From: Coleofasciculus sp. B1-GNL1-01
GTDB lineage: Bacteria; Cyanobacteriota; Cyanobacteriia; Cyanobacteriales; Coleofasciculaceae
Direction: 5' to 3' (one strand)
NCBI GenBank assembly: GCA_040220235.1
Contig: JAVJTO010000053.1
Length of the DNA: 64,000 nucleotides
Shown here: piece by piece, positions 58,521 through 64,000 of the stretch
Layout of the letters: each line of letters begins with the position of its first letter
Position numbering within the stretch: the first letter of the stretch is position 1
The notes under the pieces: model-generated
What the model was told of the DNA's origin: nothing
What the model saw: only the letters and a program-made list of their open reading frames with translations
The model's database searches: none
Made by a program: the position numbers and the translations under genes

Positions 58521-59957
58521 TTAACTGACAACACCTGTAAGGGTTGAATCAGTCTCTTGCGGTTGAACCGTTTCCTCCTCTGGCGGTAATCCTAAAACCT
58601 CTCGGTAGGTGCGGCTATACTGTTTAGCTGATTTATCCCAACTGAAATTCTGACGCATACCGCGTTGCTGTAGTGTTGTCCATTGATCTTTAAAGCGGAA
58701 GCCTTCCCACGCTCGCACCATACAGGTATAAAAGTCTAAGGGTTCATAGCGGTCAAAGCAGTAACCTGTCCCAGTTTGGCTAACAGGTTCATGGTGAAAA
58801 ACCGTATCCACCAGACCCCCTGTGCGCCGGACAATGGGGACACAACCATAGCGCATAGAGAGCATTTGACTAATGCCACAAGGTTCAAAGCGGGATGGCA
58901 TTAGGAATGCATCACAACCCGCATAAATGCGTCGGGACAGAGGATCACTATAAAGGAGTTGGACAGACATACGACCCCGATAGCGAGATGCTAATTGCCA
59001 CATTTGGGTTTCGTAGTAGCGTTCCCCAGATGCCAGCAATATAAATTGGGCATCGCTGTAAGCCAGGAAGCGATCAATGACTTGTAATAATAGGTCAATC
59101 CCCTTTTGCTCCACGAGGCGCGTGACCATGCCCATGAAAAAGGCATTGGAGTTGACTTCTAAGCCCACCTCTTCTTGCAGGGTCACTTTGTTTTTGCGAC
59201 GTAATTCCAGCGTATCGACGCTGAAATTTTGCTCGATATATTTGTCGGTTTCTGGGTCATAACTATCCGTGTCAATGCCATTAAGAATGCCGACGGTTTT
59301 ACCACTAATGAAAGACATTAACCCTTCTAGAGTTTCACCGTATTCAGCCGTGCAGATTTGTTCGGCATAAGTTGGCGACACGACAGTCACTCGATCCGCA
59401 AATTGTACCGCTGCTGCCATTGTATTATGACCTTGCATATACCAGGGACACCAGGTTATCTGCTGTAAGCGCCAGCGCCAGGGACCTTGATACGCCAAAT
59501 TGTGAATCGTAAAGACGGTAGAAATATCGGGTGACTGGCTCATCCACACCGGAATCATGCCTGTATGCCAATCATGGCAATGAATAATTTGCGGTTTCCA
59601 GTAGTTCCAGGCAAACTCAGCCGCGCCATTAGCAAAGAGGGTAAATCGCCAGTCTTCATCCGCTCCGGCGTAAATATGGCGTCCTGAGAAGGCGAGATGA
59701 CCAAACAGATAGAGGGGGACATCGGTTTCGGGTAATACCGTCTCATAGACAGCGAATGACTGAAACATGGCAGATCCCCACCAGACAGGTTCTTTGGGAA
59801 TCTCCATCTTGTCGGGTAAAAAGCCGTAATACGGCATAAAAATCCGCACATCATGTCCCAAGCGCTTCAGGAACTTAGGCAATGCACCCACAACATCCCC
59901 CATACCGCCGACTTTTGCCAGGGGCGCTACCTCGGCGGCAACAAACAGAATATTCAT
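58521..59957 (-). CDS. glgA: Glycogen synthase
   Basis: [31 protein letters not shown]. Confidence 0.98.
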   Translation of the reverse strand: MNILFVAAEVAPLAKVGGMGDVVGALPKFLKRLGHDVRIFMPYYGFLPDKMEIPKEPVWWGSAMFQSFAVYETVLPETDVPLYLFGHLAFSGRHIYAGADEDWRFTLFANGAAEFAWNYWKPQIIHCHDWHTGMIPVWMSQSPDISTVFTIHNLAYQGPWRWRLQQITWCPWYMQGHNTMAAAVQFADRVTVVSPTYAEQICTAEYGETLEGLMSFISGKTVGILNGIDTDSYDPETDKYIEQNFSVDTLELRRKNKVTLQEEVGLEVNSNAFFMGMVTRLVEQKGIDLLLQVIDRFLAYSDAQFILLASGERYYETQMWQLASRYRGRMSVQLLYSDPLSRRIYAGCDAFLMPSRFEPCGISQMLSMRYGCVPIVRRTGGLVDTVFHHEPVSQTGTGYCFDRYEPLDFYTCMVRAWEGFRFKDQWTTLQQRGMRQNFSWDKSAKQYSRTYREVLGLPPEEETVQPQETDSTLTGVVS

Positions 59958-60188
59958 AATGATGGTTGTGTACGATGAAGTCTCAAGTAGTAATACTATC
60001 CTTCAGAGGGGCGTTTACAATGACGAATCCTTGAATTCGGGGCATTTTTGCATCAATGTGGGGAGATAGAAATCAAATTACAGGTCAAATCCCTGTTCCC
60101 TGTAGAGGCGATGAACCACCTGTAGGGGGAATCTGCTTGACCTAATTGCTCTCTGGGAGTTATATCGATAAGTTTTACGGCTACCACC

Positions 60189-61145
60189 CTAACCTTCCAT
60201 CACCTGATTAAACCGATCTCTCCCCGCATGATAATCTTTACTTTCATACCCCATAACATGCCGGACAATCCACTTTTGTGATCTGCCATCCTCCATCAGT
60301 AAACGAATCGCTTTCCTTAACACCTGCTCCTGATCAACAAACCGTTCAACAAACCAGTTTTCGGTTTCCGCCAATCCCCGTTTATCATTTTCAGCACTGC
60401 GATTCAGATAAACGGCAGCTAATAATGCCTTAAATGATTTGCCTAAAACTTTCTCATTCCCCAAATTTAGCGCTGTCAACTCTTCAGTCGTGATTTGATT
60501 GCTATAGTTGGCTTGATTCTCTTTAGAGGTTAATTCCTTAAATAAGTCATTTAAATTGCCTACTTTGACATTGGGGAGATAGCTATACAAATAATTCGCA
60601 ACTATCCCCTTCAATACCGAATCTCCCAGAAACCTTAACTGTTTATTCGGTGACGAACGCTCTTTTATCTTTTTTAAATGACGCTCCAGCAACGGCGCAA
60701 TCAACTGCTTAACCAACCAATTCCGTGCCTGAGAAAACCCCCGATCCTGATGAATCGCCCCAACTAACGCTATCAATGCTTCTTCAAAGGGATTGCGATT
60801 TTGTAAACGCAAGCGATGCCGTTCTTGCGTCAGTCCCAGAAACGGATACCCTTCGCCTAACCCCAATTGATACCACAGTTTGGTTAACCGTTGTCCTTCG
60901 ACTAACTTGTCCCGTAAGCCTTTAAAATTACTCACCTCTAAATAGGGGCAGTTATGATATAAATAGTCAGCAATTACTAGATTAACAATAGCATCTCCAA
61001 GAAATTTTAATCGCTCGTTGTTTTGTTCTGATTCTCCAATTTGTTCAGCATAAGAGCGATGCATTAAAGCAAGTCTAAGTGTATCACTATGCTTAAATTG
61101 AATCCCAATTTGGCTTTCTAAAGATTCAGACTTCCATTCCATCAT
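60189..61145 (-). CDS. Protein with two degenerate RNase III domains and no evident dsRBD
   Basis: ALMHRSY..NNERLKFLGDA and NKQLRFLGDSVL signatures. Confidence 0.8.
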   Translation of the reverse strand: MMEWKSESLESQIGIQFKHSDTLRLALMHRSYAEQIGESEQNNERLKFLGDAIVNLVIADYLYHNCPYLEVSNFKGLRDKLVEGQRLTKLWYQLGLGEGYPFLGLTQERHRLRLQNRNPFEEALIALVGAIHQDRGFSQARNWLVKQLIAPLLERHLKKIKERSSPNKQLRFLGDSVLKGIVANYLYSYLPNVKVGNLNDLFKELTSKENQANYSNQITTEELTALNLGNEKVLGKSFKALLAAVYLNRSAENDKRGLAETENWFVERFVDQEQVLRKAIRLLMEDGRSQKWIVRHVMGYESKDYHAGRDRFNQVMEG

Positions 61146-61155
61146 TTTTACAGGA

Positions 61156-61650
61156 TTAAGACGTTTTAACAGTAGGTAATTGCACTGTCAGGACTGAACA
61201 GGGAGCATGGTGAAGAACGTAATTACTGGCACTCCCCAAAAGTAACTCCGAAAGCCCCGACAAACCCCGATGACCAATAATAATTAGATCAGCTTGCCAA
61301 TTCTTCGCCACCTTACAGATGGTTTCCCCCGGACTTCCTGGCACCTGGGTAAACTCAGCCATGACACCAGCCGCCGTTGCTTCACCTGTGCGCGATCGCA
61401 AAATCTCCAGACATTCGCTTTCAAATTCGTCCCACTGCTTGCGGTAGGCAATATTCACATCATCTAATCGCCACGGATAATAGTCCGCTTCGGAAAATCC
61501 TGGCATACCCGGACTCGTCTCTTCCTCCGGAGACAGAACATGCAACAGTAATAGATGACCCTTGACCGCTTTGGCTAACTCTAGGGCTTGATCAAAAACA
61601 TGATCACCCATACCAGAGGTATCTATGGCAACCAGCATCTTTTCAAACAT
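61156..61650 (-). CDS. Universal stress protein
   Basis: MFEKMLVAID; ADLIIIGHRG; LLGSASNYVLHHAPCSVL. Confidence 0.95.
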   Translation of the reverse strand: MFEKMLVAIDTSGMGDHVFDQALELAKAVKGHLLLLHVLSPEEETSPGMPGFSEADYYPWRLDDVNIAYRKQWDEFESECLEILRSRTGEATAAGVMAEFTQVPGSPGETICKVAKNWQADLIIIGHRGLSGLSELLLGSASNYVLHHAPCSVLTVQLPTVKTS

Positions 61651-61768
61651 AACCACTTTCTCCAAAACCCTGGTAAATAGTAGGGTTGTTACCCCTCTGA
61701 CAATGGTATAATGAATTTCAACTCTGGATAGTGCCGCTCGATTTCGGCAAAGCACTAGCTTATAGATG

Positions 61769-62035
61769 GTCAACAACCCAGCGCTGACCGATAAAAGCGG
61801 TACAGCGTGGGCTATATAAGGGTTCTTAAGCCCTGTTGTTGGACCTTAGTAGTTCGTTAATAGTAAGAGCTACTCCGTTTATCGAGAATATATAGGCATC
61901 GTGGGGTGCAGGATTGACTATCCGTTTCCTAGCTCCACGCTCTGCGGTTTTTCATTAAACATTTCTGTTGGGTAGGGAAAGTGTGGAAACATCAAAACCT
62001 CGATAAACATTGGCGAAGGAAACCACACCCTGAAG
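61769..62035 (+). ncRNA. HEARO / IscB omega-RNA-like structured RNA
   Basis: GTCAACAAC pairs with GTTGTTGGAC; 10-bp stem GTTTATCGAG/CTCGATAAAC; CGTGGGG/CTCCACG; pseudoknot GTTTCCT/AGGAAAC; TTAAACA and AACATTGGCGAAG motifs. Confidence 0.8.
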
Positions 62036-62155
62036 GGTGATGACCTTACTCGTTAGGTCAATTGGGATAATTTGGGGGGATTCAATCCCCAAATTATCCC
62101 GCCTATCCATCCCAGCGCCGCCTTCCAGGACGGCGTGGGGCTTCCGGCTTTTTTT
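61769..62155 (+). mobile_element. Non-autonomous IS200/IS605-family element without an ORF
   Basis: Related subterminal hairpins CCCAGCGC...GCGTGGG at both ends. Confidence 0.7.
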
Positions 62156-62321
62156 GCTAATCTAGCGATTGTGTCGGAATCTGGCTCGAAAATACACAGA
62201 ATAATTAATTTTTGTGAAAATCTAGATGCCAGAAACATCTAAAGTTTCACAGAAACTTTTGCAGCCAATACAAATCCGACACTCAACCTGGAAACCAAGG
62301 GCTGAGAGAGGGAAAAATTTC

Positions 62322-63428
62322 ATGAGTTTAAATGCCCGCTTTGCAGTAATCAGCGACTTACACATTGCTCTACCTCAAACCTTATGGGATACTCCCACCC
62401 GCTTCCATTTAGTGGAAATCAGTATCCCTGCCCTAGAGTTAGTATTCAACCATTTAGAACGTCTTGATCTAGATTTTATCCTGCTTCCAGGAGACTTAAC
62501 CCAGCACGGCGAACCAACTAACCATGACTGGCTACAAAGGCGATTGTCCCAGCTACCCTACCCAGTTTACGTTGTACCTGGTAATCATGATGTCCCCACG
62601 CTATTACCCGATGAACGTTCGATTGGACTGAAAGACTTTCCCCACTATTATCATCAATTTGGCTATGACAATCCCGACCAAATCTACTATACCCATGAAA
62701 TTTTTCCCGGTGTGCAGCTTATTGGCTTAAATTCCAACCAATTTGACCAGACGGGTAAACAACGGGGTTGTCTGGATGCACCGCAATTGGCATGGCTTGA
62801 GGATGTACTTGCCCAGACTAAGGATAAGTTGATTGTGGTCATGGTACATCACAATGTCATCGAACATCTACCGGATCAAGCCAAACATCCCTTGGGACGC
62901 CGCTATATGCTGGATAATGCCCCCATTTTGTTAAATCTGCTCAAAGCGGCTGGGGTGAATTTAATCTTTACGGGTCATCTTCATGTCCAGGATATCGCCT
63001 ATCACCAGGGAATCTATGATATTACCACTGGATCATTAGTCAGCTATCCCCATCCCTACCGAGTCTTAGAACTGCGAACCGATAATTTAGGAAATCGCTG
63101 GTTACAGATAGAATCCCATCACATCACCTCTGTACCCGGTTGGGAAAATCTGCCGGAAATTTCGCGAAAATGGATGGGCGATCGCTCTTATCCGTTTATG
63201 GTAAAGTTACTTACCGCCCCACCTTTATGTTTACCCCAACACGACGCGGATAAACTTGCCCCCAGTTTACGTAACTTTTGGGCTGATATTGCTGTGGGTG
63301 ACACCTATTTTGATTTTCCTGATTTTCCGCCGCCTGTCCGCCGCTATTTCCAAACCTTCAGCGCGATGGATAGTCAGGGTCAACCTGCGTTTATCGATAA
63401 TCACGCGACATTATTGCTGGAGTCATGA
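62322..63428 (+). CDS. Calcineurin-like metallophosphoesterase
   Basis: SDLH, GDLT, PGNHD, VHH, TGHLH motifs; ATG at 62322. Confidence 0.93.
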   Translation: MSLNARFAVISDLHIALPQTLWDTPTRFHLVEISIPALELVFNHLERLDLDFILLPGDLTQHGEPTNHDWLQRRLSQLPYPVYVVPGNHDVPTLLPDERSIGLKDFPHYYHQFGYDNPDQIYYTHEIFPGVQLIGLNSNQFDQTGKQRGCLDAPQLAWLEDVLAQTKDKLIVVMVHHNVIEHLPDQAKHPLGRRYMLDNAPILLNLLKAAGVNLIFTGHLHVQDIAYHQGIYDITTGSLVSYPHPYRVLELRTDNLGNRWLQIESHHITSVPGWENLPEISRKWMGDRSYPFMVKLLTAPPLCLPQHDADKLAPSLRNFWADIAVGDTYFDFPDFPPPVRRYFQTFSAMDSQGQPAFIDNHATLLLES

Positions 63429-63547
63429 ATCTGTGAAGTGGACGAGATCGCTTATCATAGTGGGGCGAGGATGAACAAGGAGACTCGCTGAACCAAGAAT
63501 CTTCGTCCATGCTTTCTTCATGGGCGGGAAGTGTCAATACAGATACT

Positions 63548-63706
63548 TAGGGTCTGCTGAATAAGTCTTGTGGTGGGGAGAGGCAATAGGGAATAGGCAA
63601 TGGGCAATAGGCAATGGGCAATAGTGAAGAAAAACACTGACTCATCAAGGGATTGAGCGATTTAAATTTTTCTTCTTTTGTCCTAACCTGTGTGCGTAGT
63701 GCTATA
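63548..63706. mobile_element. MITE end with (GGCAATA/G)n array, closing in a different IS-like end
   Basis: TAGGGTCTGCTGAATAAGTCTTGTGGTGGG at 63548; TGTCCTAACCTGTGTGCGTAGTGCTATA at the right. Confidence 0.6.
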
Positions 63707-63833
63707 ACAGAACCTACTCCGGTACAAAGGAAGGCTTTAGATTTGTTGGGCGTAAGCCTGATATGTACCCAGTGAAGCCGAAAGTAAAATCGCCCTAAGT
63801 CTGGATATGCATACAGTGTAGCGATTTGTCAAA

Positions 63834-63863
63834 GGGGAACTTCAGTCTAAACTGAAGTTCCCC
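63834..63863. repeat. Palindrome GGGGAACTTCAGT-CTAA-ACTGAAGTTCCCC
   Basis: 13-bp perfect stem. Confidence 0.7.
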
Positions 63864-64000
63864 CCGTCCAGATGTACTACAGGGGACTGAACCCCTACTG
63901 CATAAGCATTTTAGCAATTTAGCCCCCTCAAATCGTACCCATGTATATTTAAGATTTTCTTAATAGTCTTGGGGAAAAATCTGTGAGACAATTGTAGTCA

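Noticed and set aside
1..64000. CRISPR array or cas genes
   Set aside because: No regularly spaced 25-40-bp repeats with unique spacers; repeats are 7/9-mer tandems or dispersed hairpins

Overview
Chromosomal window of a filamentous cyanobacterium, judged from frequent HIP1 (GCGATCGC), psbV/psbV2/psbX, ycf66, glgA and heptamer tandem repeats. Housekeeping genes include deoC-recO-MFS-dgdA, recF, accD, a P2A ATPase and an RND pump. Secreted or surface proteins include a 4507-aa RTX/Calx-beta/Ig/subtilase giant, a TpsB pore, an FHA-N/CHAT protein and an SLH protein. Intergenic DNA is dense with GTAG-type REP hairpins, three MITE families and short tandem repeats. The most notable items are a ~390-bp IS200/IS605-type element with an apparently intact HEARO/IscB-type omega-RNA fold but no ORF (61769-62155), a weaker TnpB-end/omega-RNA-like remnant (~2960-3073), and a tandem RNase III-domain protein whose catalytic acids are largely replaced. 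No CRISPR array, rRNA or tRNA was seen. All family calls come from motif recognition, not database searches.
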